DNA from: Oscillospiraceae bacterium
GTDB lineage: Bacteria > Bacillota > Clostridia > Oscillospirales > Ruminococcaceae
Length of the DNA: 46,286 nucleotides
Assembly (NCBI GenBank): GCA_029007315.1
Contig: JAQXHO010000092.1
Location: forward strand, 1-46,286
Direction: 5' to 3'
Both the position numbers and the translations under genes were made by a program. Positions 34,328-43,188 of the stretch are shown here, piece by piece. Position 1 is the first letter of the stretch; each line of letters opens with the position of its first letter. The notes beneath the pieces are model-generated. The model was not told the origin of the DNA and made no database searches. It saw nothing but the letters and a program-made list of their open reading frames with translations.

Positions 34328-36739
34328 ATGCACATTTGCAAAAAGAGTATATGCAGAAGTCTGCTTTCAATTACAGCAGCAGCAGCTGTTTTGTCATGGG
34401 GAATGCCTTTTCAAAGGGATAATACAGAGGTCGTATCTGCCGCTGACACTTCTGTTGTGGCAAATCCTGTTATCTGGTCAGATGTTCCCGACGAAGATGT
34501 TATCCGTGTAGGCGATACATATTATATGGTAAGCACTACCATGTTTTTCAGTCCCGGTGCGCCTATTATGAAGTCAAAGGATCTTGTGTCATGGGAAATA
34601 TGCAGCTATGTCTACGACACCCTTTCTGACGGAAACAAGCAGACACTGACAGGCGGTGAACATGACTATGCACATGGACAATGGGCAGCAAGTCTGAGAT
34701 ATCATGACGGAAATTTCTATGTATTCTTCGGAAGCTACGGAACCGGCAAATCATATATTTACAAAACAAACGACATTGAAAACGGTACATGGACAAGAAG
34801 CGAGATACCGGGAATGTATCATGACGCATCAATTCTTTTTGATGATGACGGCAGGAATTATCTTGTATACGGCGGCGGCGGTGAGATAAGAATAAAGGAA
34901 CTTAACGCTGAAATGACCGGCTTTAAAAATGGCGGTGCAGAAAAGGTGCTGTTCAAGACCGGACTTGATAATCTTGCTGGAGAAGGTTCTCATATTCAGA
35001 AGATCGGTGATTACTATTATGTATTTGTCATTGCATGGCCAAGCACCAGCGGAAGAATTGAGCTTTGCTACAGAAGCCGTGACCTTTTAGGCACATATGA
35101 AGGCAAAACTGTTCTGAATTCAGGCGTAGGAACATACGGTTCAGGCGTTGCACAGGGCGGTATCGTTGATACACCGGACGGAAAATGGTACGGTATGCTT
35201 TTCCAGGATCATGGTGCTGTAGGACGCATACCTGTTCTGGTGCCCGTTACATGGGAAAATGGCTGGCCCATGATGGGCGTAAACGGAAAGGTTCCTGTTA
35301 CATTTGAAATTGAAGGAGTACATTCCGGCACATTCCTTGCCAAAGATGATGACTTCAGCTACAGTTCAGATAAACTTGCCCTTGAATGGCAGTGGAATCA
35401 TAATCCGGATAATACGGCATGGACAGTTACAGAAAGGCCCGGATACCTCAGACTTAAAAATAACACTATTGCCACGAATCTTCTGAATGCAAGAAATACC
35501 CTTACCCAGAGAACAGAAGGACCTGCCTGCAGCAGTGTTATAAAGCTTGATACAAAGGGTATGAAGACAGGTGATTATGCAGGTCTTTCAGCATTTCAGT
35601 ATAATTACGGCAATGTAGGCGTATATGTTGCAGATGACGGCTCCAAGAAGATCTATATGGCAGAGAACGGAATCGTTGCATCAAAGGGTGATGTTAAGGA
35701 CAGCTATAATAAAATTGTTGAAGAAACCAGCCTTTCCGGAGATGAGATTTATCTGAAGGTGGATTTCAGGTTCAATAATGTAGATGAAAATATGAACGTT
35801 TCCTACAATATTGACAAGGCAAACTTTTACTATTCATATGACGGAACTGACTGGAAAAAGATCGGCAATGAACTCTCTATGACATATGATCTGAAGCTGT
35901 TTACAGGATACAGAAGCGGAATCTACAGTTATGCCACAAAAAATACTGGCGGTTACGCTGATATAGACTTCTTCGACTATGAACGTGCAGACTGGAATCA
36001 GCCTACGGAAATAAAGCCCAATGAATTTGGCTGGTATTTCAGCTGCAGCTTTGAAGGAAGTACAGATGAGCTTACCGGAAGAGGTCCTGCAAAGGTTGAA
36101 TCAAGCGGTGATGAATCATATGTAGGAAGTAATTCGCTGTATGTATATGACAGAACATCTCCATGGAACGGCGCCTGCAAAAAGCTCAGCACATCTGTAT
36201 TTAAACCCGGTACTGAATACAGCTTCAGTTCTCATGTAAAATATACAGAAGGCGGTCTGACCGATACTTTCTACATGAAGCTCCAGTATACTGACTCTGA
36301 GGGCAATACACAGTACAGCACTATTGCAGAATCAAAGGCGGTCAAAGGTGAATGGGTACAGCTTGTAAATACAAATTACATGATACCGGAAGACGCTTCT
36401 GATATGTACATATATATTGAAACAGCAGACAGTACAAACAGCTTTTATGTTGACGAACTTATCGGTGCAGTTGGAGGAACAGGAATTGCAGGAGAAGGCT
36501 CTCTTGATTTTGAGATAATTCCCGGTGATGTCAACTGTGACGGCAGTATAAATATTTTCGACCTCTGTGCGGCGAAAACAGGTCTTACAGTCGGTTTTGA
36601 AAATAAGATCCAGCAGGCGGCAGCAGATGTGGACGGAAACGGTGAGGCTGATACCACCGATCTGCAGCTTATACAGAAGTATATTGGGTCTGTTATTACA
36701 GAATTTCCTGTCGGTGAACCGGAGAACTCTGAGAATTAG
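34328..36739 (+). CDS. Cellulosomal GH43 xylosidase/arabinofuranosidase with GH43_C2, CBM22-like module and dockerin
   Basis: Start at ATG 34328 (RBS GGAGG). NPVIWSDVPD.DVIRVGD, WA, HD, EGSH, QGG; EWQWNHNP; CBM22-like FEG....R...V.DRTSPWNG; dockerin GDVNCDGSINIFDL...ADVDGNG...EFP. Confidence 0.9.
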   Translation: MHICKKSICRSLLSITAAAAVLSWGMPFQRDNTEVVSAADTSVVANPVIWSDVPDEDVIRVGDTYYMVSTTMFFSPGAPIMKSKDLVSWEICSYVYDTLSDGNKQTLTGGEHDYAHGQWAASLRYHDGNFYVFFGSYGTGKSYIYKTNDIENGTWTRSEIPGMYHDASILFDDDGRNYLVYGGGGEIRIKELNAEMTGFKNGGAEKVLFKTGLDNLAGEGSHIQKIGDYYYVFVIAWPSTSGRIELCYRSRDLLGTYEGKTVLNSGVGTYGSGVAQGGIVDTPDGKWYGMLFQDHGAVGRIPVLVPVTWENGWPMMGVNGKVPVTFEIEGVHSGTFLAKDDDFSYSSDKLALEWQWNHNPDNTAWTVTERPGYLRLKNNTIATNLLNARNTLTQRTEGPACSSVIKLDTKGMKTGDYAGLSAFQYNYGNVGVYVADDGSKKIYMAENGIVASKGDVKDSYNKIVEETSLSGDEIYLKVDFRFNNVDENMNVSYNIDKANFYYSYDGTDWKKIGNELSMTYDLKLFTGYRSGIYSYATKNTGGYADIDFFDYERADWNQPTEIKPNEFGWYFSCSFEGSTDELTGRGPAKVESSGDESYVGSNSLYVYDRTSPWNGACKKLSTSVFKPGTEYSFSSHVKYTEGGLTDTFYMKLQYTDSEGNTQYSTIAESKAVKGEWVQLVNTNYMIPEDASDMYIYIETADSTNSFYVDELIGAVGGTGIAGEGSLDFEIIPGDVNCDGSINIFDLCAAKTGLTVGFENKIQQAAADVDGNGEADTTDLQLIQKYIGSVITEFPVGEPENSEN

Positions 36740-36766
36740 ATGAACCGGAGTACTCTGAGAATTAAA
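36715..36766 (+). repeat. 26-bp tandem duplication spanning the GH43 stop codon
   Basis: TGAACCGGAGAACTCTGAGAATTAGA followed by TGAACCGGAGTACTCTGAGAATTAAA (2 mismatches). Confidence 0.9.
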
Positions 36767-36770
36767 TGAT

Positions 36771-36809
36771 AAAAAACATCGCCATGTTTCTTATTGTGGC
36801 GATGTTTTT
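36771..36809. terminator. Bidirectional terminator
   Basis: AAAAACATCGCCA...TGGCGATGTTTTT between convergent genes. Confidence 0.85.
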
Positions 36810-36839
36810 CTGTATTTGCTGAAGTTTTCATGCACACAT

Positions 36840-39800
36840 TTACCGAATCCACCTGTTAAGTGCTCTGATAAGTATGTTAAGATCAAGAGGCTTGGCTATG
36901 TGTTCGTTCATGCCCACAGCTTTAGCTGCCTGAACGTCTTCCGCAAAGGCATTTGCAGTCATTGCCACTATAGGAACCTGTCTGCAATAGCTGCGGTCTG
37001 TAGATCGGATTACCTTTGTAGCGTCATATCCGTTCATAACCGGCATCTGTATGTCCATAAAAATAATATCGTAATATCCGTCGCTGCATGAAGATATCAT
37101 ATCAACAGCTTTTGCACCGTCCTCGGCACGTTCCACCGAAACGCCTGTCATCTTGAGTATTTCAGCTGCAATTTCATAATTAAGGTCATTATCCTCAGCA
37201 AGCAGAACACGATGCCCTGTAAGATTCATATTTTCCAGTGAATCAAGAGGATTTTCAGTTCCGCTGCTGGTATCCTCTGAAATCAGAGAATTGAAGGTAT
37301 CTGCAAGCTTTGAACGGAACAGGGGCTTGCTGATAAAGGCATTTGCTCCGGCGGACCTTGCTTCCTGTTCAATATCAGACCAGTCATAAGCTGAAATAAT
37401 AATAATAGGTACTTCTTCACCAACAGCCTTTCGAATAGCCTTTGTTGTTTCAATACCGTCCATGTCCGGCATTTTCCAGTCAATTATGCAGGCGAAGAAA
37501 TCCCGTTTACGTTGATGATGATCAATAACACATTCCACAGCCTCTTTGCCTGTGGAAACTCCTTCTGCATTCATGCCGAAATCGTTAAGAATATCGCAGC
37601 AGGATTCAAGGCTCAATTTGTCATCATCTGCTACAAGTACATTCAGATTGATGAATTTGTCATAATCAAATTCAGAACCCTCACGAAGCTTCAGATACAT
37701 AGTGACTGTAAAGCGTGAACCTTCATTAAGCTTGCTTTCCACCTTAATGTCGCCGCCCATCATTCGTGCAATATTGCGGCTTATAGGCATACCCAGTCCT
37801 GTTCCGTGTATCTTGTTTATTCTGCTGTCACTGGCTCTTTCAAAGGGTTCAAAGATCCTGCTTAAAAATTCTTCACTCATACCAATGCCGTTATCTTCAA
37901 AAACGAATTCATAGCACCCGATTTTAGCCTGATGTGATGGCTTTTCAGTAATGGAAAGACTGATTTTTCCGCCGTCGGGAGTATACTTGACTGCATTGCT
38001 CATTATGTTCGTGAAGATCTTCTGTATGCGCAGACTGTCGCCGATTACGTCTTCGTGTATCAGTCCTGTGATATTTACAGACAGCTCATGACGATGCTTC
38101 TTTATCTGAGGACTTGTCATGGAAAGCAGGTTATCTACCAGATTTGAAAGGTTGAATTCTTCTTCCGTGAGATCAACTTTTCCTGATTCTATCTTGCTCA
38201 TATCAAGGACTTCGTTTATAAGGCTCAGCAAATGTTTGCTTGCCTGTGCTATTTTCTGAAGGCTGTCCTGCACACGTTCCTTGTCGTCAATATGGGTGGC
38301 TGCAATTGCGGTCATTCCGATGATGCCATTCATAGGAGTTCGTATGTCATGGGACATATTTGACAGGAAATCGGTTTTAGCCTTATTTGCCGCCTCAGCC
38401 GCTTCATATGCAGCTTGAAGAGCCGTTTCCTGCTGACGTTCTTTTTTTATAAGATTGTCAACATTGCTGGTGCCGATAACAACAACAAAGCTGCCGTTTT
38501 TCTCCTGTACAAATGAAACTCTTGCCTGGAGATAAATTATACCGTCACCAGTCATTTTTTCATAAGTAACAGAATAGTCTTCTCTGCAGGTGCGTATATA
38601 GTCAAGGGACAGCTTTTCGATAAATTCGCTGCGGCTTTTCTCAGAAACGTGTTCTTCGGAATAGCTGATGATGCTTTCTGACCATCTGTAATTGTGCTTG
38701 CTGAAATGATTGGCAATTGATTCGCCGTCTTTGCCTTCCTTACGGTAGACAGTGACAATATCTGTCTGCGGATCTAACAGGAGAACGGAATAATATACCG
38801 AACCAAGTCCCTCAATAATGTCACTTTGAGTTTCAAGTTCTCTTGCCTGTTTCAGCTGGCGCTGCATTTCGTCGTTGACGTCACGCAATCCGATAATATA
38901 TGTAACCATTCCGTTTGGATCAATTGTCTTTACCACGTTCATTTCGTAGTATGCAATTGCGCCGTTCATATTTCTCCGGTAGCCCAGTTTATACAGGCCC
39001 ACATCAGGCACTTTCTTTTCAAGGACATTCAGATCTGTAGCTTCCTTTATGCGATCACGGTCTTCCGGAACTATATATGTATCAATATATTCAGCAATAA
39101 CCTTGCTGTAGCTTCCGATTTCCATGAGCTTATTCAGAGCTTCAGAACTCATGCCGACGCCGTCGGTGCGATAGAGAAAGATCTTATCTGTGTCAGCGTC
39201 TATTTTAAACAGACTGTGATACTCTCTGCTGAGTGCGTCAATGATGCGAAGCTGCTCTTCACGCTGTCTTATATGTTCTCTCTCCTCTTCCACGATTGCG
39301 TCAATATTGCGGAATCCTACAATGATCTGACTTTCAGACGCTTTTCGTGAGAAGATACGGAAGAATGACGCCTGATAATAATGAACGCCTGTAATGTCAT
39401 AAATTGTCCTGTAGCTGAAAACGTATTCATCACTGTTTTTAAGTGCATGAAGGACTGTGGCAGCAGAAACGGCACTGCGCATATTATCCCTGTCCTCTTC
39501 CACTACGTAACGCAGGATAAATTGTTCCCATAAAGTTTCATATGAATGCCGTACAGTACGTTTTTCTTCCTTGATAACCTTTCCGTTGACCTTAATAGGA
39601 ACAGCAGTGTCATTATCAAAGTCAAGCATAACTACATCAGGATAATCTTTGCTGAGAGTGCCTGCAATATCCATTTCGTCCTGCAGTGTTTCGTTTATTT
39701 TTTTTACTTTCTGAAGAGCTTCCTCAATTTTTCTCTGCTGGTCAAGCTCTCTCTTTTTTTCATCATTTACATTTTTGAAGCCTAAAGCAATTTCATTTCT

Positions 39801-41537
39801 TTCCTTGTCCGGCTGTACGATCTGACATTCATAATACTGTATAGCATCATTTCTGTATACACGATAATTAAAGTGATACGAATTCTTTTCAGCCAGAAGC
39901 GTTTTTATGCTGTCTATTTTGCGGACACTGTCGAAAAGGTGTCTGTCGTCTTCATATACGTCGTTTTCAATATAGAGCTTTATATTAGCTTCATAATTTC
40001 CGACTGCAAATTTCTGACCATAACGTGCTGTTATAGTCTGACCCATGCGATAGCATACAACTTCCGCAGTGTTCATATTAACCGCATAGACATTTTCATA
40101 TGCCATGGAAAGGGCTTTTATAAGATTATCCAGGGATTCAAGCTTTTCCTTTTCGGCGGAAATATTTCTCAGTCCGCATATTACCTTTGTGATTTTTCCT
40201 TCGTAATTCTTCTCAACAGGGAAAAAACTGCATCTTACCCACTGGTTGTAACAGTCTATGTATTCCTGAGTAATAATAGGCTTGTCACCAAGGCGTTCAT
40301 TTAAGGTGTTAATATCCGTGAAAAGACTCATGGCAGATTTATACTCTTTATTCACCATGGAATTCATTGATTCAATAATATATTCTCCGGCGTTTCCTTT
40401 TTCGCTGTATACACGGTGCAGATCGTCGGTGGAGAAAAACTCACGGAATGAATTGGTTTCCAGGTCTATGTAATAAAGCGCAAAGAAAACGCTGCTGAGA
40501 GAATCAATAATTGATGTGTGCTGTCTTTCTGTTTCCAGGAGATGAATGAGTTCATTATTGGCTTCCTTCAGCTGCTTTTTTGCATAAAGCTCTTTTGTTT
40601 TTGATTCATGAATAGTTTCTGTTACAAAGGTAACATGGGTCAGTTTTCCCTGTGGATCACGTCCGCCTTCAATAAAAGAACACTGAGCCCAGTACGGCAG
40701 ATTTTTTTCAGAAGGAATGGGAACAACACACAGAAACTGTTTTGATATGATTTTCTGGTTGTTAAGCCTTTCCTCCAGGGTTGAAAGATCTGTGAATTCC
40801 AGCAGTTCGTCGGTATGTTCATCGATCATCATATGGCGGCAGAAAAAGTTAAGCTTCTTCTGTGCTTTGCCCGACATACCGATCTTTTCATGGACGCTGT
40901 CCATTGAATTAAGCTCTGTAAATTCGTCCTTTTCGAGATCAATATAGTATGACGAAGTGTATATTTCACTCATGGACTGTATTATTTTCATTCTTTCAGT
41001 AAGAGCGCTGTTTGAATCAGCAAGCCGTCTGTTTGAAATTTCGCTGCAGCAGGCAGAGGCAATAACCGACAGAAGAAGCATATGCTCTGTATTACAACGT
41101 GGATTATCAGCGCAGAAACAGCCTGTAACAGTACCGTTTACCACAAGAGGGGCAACTGCTATGCTTTCGGTTCCTCTTGAGCTTAATATACTGTATGCTG
41201 CTGAATCGTGATCCAGAAATTCGGATATGGAGGGTATATAGAATTCTCTCTTGTTTTCAAGAGCGCTGAACCAGCTTTCTGCATCTTCATCAGATACATC
41301 ACGGAGATTGTTTATGACAGGAGCCACGCCGTTTCGGCACCATTCCATTATATTGCCGGAGGGTGCCTGCTTTGCATTTCTTTCTATAATGTATACACGG
41401 TCAGCGTCATAGTGATTTCCTGCACCTTTTAGTATTGAGTATATTGTATGCCCGTCCTTGGGTTTGTTAAAATAATCTTGCAGAAAAGTTCTGATAGCCT
41501 GCTCCTGATCTGAAATGTTCTGAGTTAAGCTGTTCAT
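36840..41537 (-). CDS. Soluble hybrid histidine kinase: GAF-like domain, six PAS-like modules, HisKA, HATPase, two receivers
   Basis: FLSNMSHDIRTPMN, NAVKYT, DNGIGM, GTGLG; receivers IIDWKMP and FMDIQMP; no TM stretch. Confidence 0.92.
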   Translation of the reverse strand: MNSLTQNISDQEQAIRTFLQDYFNKPKDGHTIYSILKGAGNHYDADRVYIIERNAKQAPSGNIMEWCRNGVAPVINNLRDVSDEDAESWFSALENKREFYIPSISEFLDHDSAAYSILSSRGTESIAVAPLVVNGTVTGCFCADNPRCNTEHMLLLSVIASACCSEISNRRLADSNSALTERMKIIQSMSEIYTSSYYIDLEKDEFTELNSMDSVHEKIGMSGKAQKKLNFFCRHMMIDEHTDELLEFTDLSTLEERLNNQKIISKQFLCVVPIPSEKNLPYWAQCSFIEGGRDPQGKLTHVTFVTETIHESKTKELYAKKQLKEANNELIHLLETERQHTSIIDSLSSVFFALYYIDLETNSFREFFSTDDLHRVYSEKGNAGEYIIESMNSMVNKEYKSAMSLFTDINTLNERLGDKPIITQEYIDCYNQWVRCSFFPVEKNYEGKITKVICGLRNISAEKEKLESLDNLIKALSMAYENVYAVNMNTAEVVCYRMGQTITARYGQKFAVGNYEANIKLYIENDVYEDDRHLFDSVRKIDSIKTLLAEKNSYHFNYRVYRNDAIQYYECQIVQPDKERNEIALGFKNVNDEKKRELDQQRKIEEALQKVKKINETLQDEMDIAGTLSKDYPDVVMLDFDNDTAVPIKVNGKVIKEEKRTVRHSYETLWEQFILRYVVEEDRDNMRSAVSAATVLHALKNSDEYVFSYRTIYDITGVHYYQASFFRIFSRKASESQIIVGFRNIDAIVEEEREHIRQREEQLRIIDALSREYHSLFKIDADTDKIFLYRTDGVGMSSEALNKLMEIGSYSKVIAEYIDTYIVPEDRDRIKEATDLNVLEKKVPDVGLYKLGYRRNMNGAIAYYEMNVVKTIDPNGMVTYIIGLRDVNDEMQRQLKQARELETQSDIIEGLGSVYYSVLLLDPQTDIVTVYRKEGKDGESIANHFSKHNYRWSESIISYSEEHVSEKSRSEFIEKLSLDYIRTCREDYSVTYEKMTGDGIIYLQARVSFVQEKNGSFVVVIGTSNVDNLIKKERQQETALQAAYEAAEAANKAKTDFLSNMSHDIRTPMNGIIGMTAIAATHIDDKERVQDSLQKIAQASKHLLSLINEVLDMSKIESGKVDLTEEEFNLSNLVDNLLSMTSPQIKKHRHELSVNITGLIHEDVIGDSLRIQKIFTNIMSNAVKYTPDGGKISLSITEKPSHQAKIGCYEFVFEDNGIGMSEEFLSRIFEPFERASDSRINKIHGTGLGMPISRNIARMMGGDIKVESKLNEGSRFTVTMYLKLREGSEFDYDKFINLNVLVADDDKLSLESCCDILNDFGMNAEGVSTGKEAVECVIDHHQRKRDFFACIIDWKMPDMDGIETTKAIRKAVGEEVPIIIISAYDWSDIEQEARSAGANAFISKPLFRSKLADTFNSLISEDTSSGTENPLDSLENMNLTGHRVLLAEDNDLNYEIAAEILKMTGVSVERAEDGAKAVDMISSCSDGYYDIIFMDIQMPVMNGYDATKVIRSTDRSYCRQVPIVAMTANAFAEDVQAAKAVGMNEHIAKPLDLNILIRALNRWIR

Positions 41538-41597
41538 AATTCCCTCCGAAAAATAAATTTGCTTATCTTTGCATCTTTGGCATAATTGTACATTATA

Positions 41598-41626
41598 ATT
41601 ATATCACATTGAAGTTATATTGTCAA
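41598..41626 (-). promoter_or_regulatory. sigmaA promoter of the hybrid kinase
   Basis: Minus strand TTGACA-17-TATAAT with extended TG. Confidence 0.88.
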
Positions 41627-41678
41627 GTTTTAACATTATTTGTCGAAGAACATTCGAAGATCTGTTCTTGGTTTCGTG

Positions 41679-41708
41679 AAAAAACAGGCTGCCCTGGTGG
41701 ACAGCCTG
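41679..41708 (-). terminator. Intrinsic terminator of hpf
   Basis: CAGGCTG...CAGCCTG stem; A6 on + gives a U tail on -. Confidence 0.75.
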
Positions 41709-41744
41709 CCTGATTGTTATGGATTGTAAACCGGATTAATATGT

Positions 41745-42269
41745 TTATTCAAGTGACGGTTCCAGAACTGCATATTTGCCGTCTGAACGCTTATAAACCA
41801 CATTGGTTTCGCCTGTTGCAGCATTTGCGAACATAAAGAAGCTGTGACCAAGAAGATTCATCTGGAGTATTGCCTCTTCAACGTCCATAGGATACATTTT
41901 GAATTTCTTATGGCGGATAACTTCATAATTTGATTCTGTAACCTCATCAGCAAAAGCAGCCTTGAAAGCGTTGTCTTTAAGCTTCTTTTCAACACGTGTT
42001 TTGTTTTTGCGGATCTGACGAATGATCTTGTCAATGGAAGCGTCAAGAGCGTCTTTTTTGTCCTCGGCAGACTGTTCTGCACGATAGATCATTTGATTAT
42101 AGAAAACAGTTAATTCAAGGATAATCTGATTCTTATATTCAGACATTGTTATCTTTGCATCTGCTTCATCGCCGAAGAATTTGTCCAGTTTCTGACCCAG
42201 ACGTTCTTCTGCATAATCAGTAAAGTTCTGCGGTATCTGCATTTTTTTTGCTGTAATTGTAATTTTCAT
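41745..42269 (-). CDS. hpf: Long-form ribosome hibernation promoting factor (RaiA/HPF)
   Basis: N-terminal S30AE domain (..KLDKFF, RQIRKNKTR) plus C-terminal PMDVEEAILQMNLLGHSFF..VVYKR.DG.Y; RBS AAGGAGG. Confidence 0.94.
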   Translation of the reverse strand: MKITITAKKMQIPQNFTDYAEERLGQKLDKFFGDEADAKITMSEYKNQIILELTVFYNQMIYRAEQSAEDKKDALDASIDKIIRQIRKNKTRVEKKLKDNAFKAAFADEVTESNYEVIRHKKFKMYPMDVEEAILQMNLLGHSFFMFANAATGETNVVYKRSDGKYAVLEPSLE

Positions 42270-42330
42270 ATAGTGTTCCTCCTTGTGATAATCCGGCAGC
42301 TTCTGATGTATGGCGCCGAATTAGTTTTCT

Positions 42331-42508
42331 GCAGGTTAAATCTGAAAACCATAGTATCTCAGATGTGCAGTCAGATTTTTCGGCAGATTGCATAGAAATT
42401 TTGCAGGCATACTTTCGTATGTCAAGGAATTTCTGTGTGATATGACGGAAAAGATGCAAACAGATGAGGTGCTAAGGCTTTAGCCGTGGGCTTTTAGATT
42501 GAACCTGT
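42331..42508. ncRNA. Candidate ~180-nt rod-like structured RNA in the hpf leader
   Basis: Nested complementary arms: GCAGGTTAAATCT/AGATTGAACCTGT, CTCA/TGAG, TTTTTCG/CGGAAAA, GCATAGAAATT/AATTTCTGTGT, GGCATAC/GTATGTC. One end coincides with the predicted hpf TSS. Confidence 0.55.
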
Positions 42509-42512
42509 ATAT

Positions 42513-42541
42513 ATTATAGCATATTGCCGTATTAATTTCAA
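42513..42541 (-). promoter_or_regulatory. sigmaA promoter of hpf (about 240-nt leader)
   Basis: Minus strand TTGAAA-17-TATAAT with extended TG. Confidence 0.8.
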
Positions 42542-42640
42542 GTATTTTATTGAAATTCTATCGAAAACAATCAAAAATATTTTCTGAACTGATTATAATA
42601 AAGTCGGGTTTATTATTTTCTTAATATAGTCCTGCGATAC

Positions 42641-42669
42641 TTGATATTTTTTTAATAATGTAGTATAAT
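42641..42669 (+). promoter_or_regulatory. sigmaA promoter of the FHA-RodA-PBP operon
   Basis: TTGATA-17-TATAAT. Confidence 0.75.
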
Positions 42670-42720
42670 TATAAATGCGTCAGAATAATTAAGGCATCAG
42701 AATAATTTAGGAAAGAGGTA

Positions 42721-43188
42721 TTGCCTGTGAATAATGAAACATTCCGAAATGTACTTGAAAGCCTGAGAAGTTTTCCGGCTTTTTCAATTATAATGAGCGC
42801 GCTTGTAATATTTATGGTATTTATATGTGTGTTTGCAATATTCAGATCAGCTAAGGAAGAAAAACGTATTGAAGAGCTGAGATGGGACAAGGTAAGCAAC
42901 TATATGGAGCTTGTTGACTGTGCAACAGGAGAGAGGACTCTTCTTTCTTCAGACGAGGTAATTATCGGAAGACACGGCGCAGCGGACATCAGATTTCCGG
43001 ATATGAGCGTTTCACGTTATCATGCGGTTCTCTGCGTATCAAACGGTGTGTGGCGTGTGATTGATCTTGGTTCCAAATCGGGTACATATGTCAACGGCAG
43101 AAAGGTTCAGGAGCAGATGACGCTGAAGGATCATGATGAGATACGGTTTGGCACCAAAGCAGCCGTAATAAGAAGGAGGCGTGTATAA
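42721..43188 (+). CDS. Membrane-anchored FHA-domain protein
   Basis: N-terminal TM; FHA motifs IGR, SVSRYHA, DLGSKSGTYVNG. Start is TTG 42721 or GTG 42727. Confidence 0.88.
   Translation: MPVNNETFRNVLESLRSFPAFSIIMSALVIFMVFICVFAIFRSAKEEKRIEELRWDKVSNYMELVDCATGERTLLSSDEVIIGRHGAADIRFPDMSVSRYHAVLCVSNGVWRVIDLGSKSGTYVNGRKVQEQMTLKDHDEIRFGTKAAVIRRRRV

Noticed and set aside
42217-42459. 80-aa ORF in the hpf leader
   Set aside because: No SD, overlaps hpf out of frame, and the region is better explained by RNA structure.
42270-42510. raiA-motif RNA or 6S RNA call
   Set aside because: Position and size fit, but I could not find the conserved sequence blocks of either family. Reported as an unassigned candidate instead.
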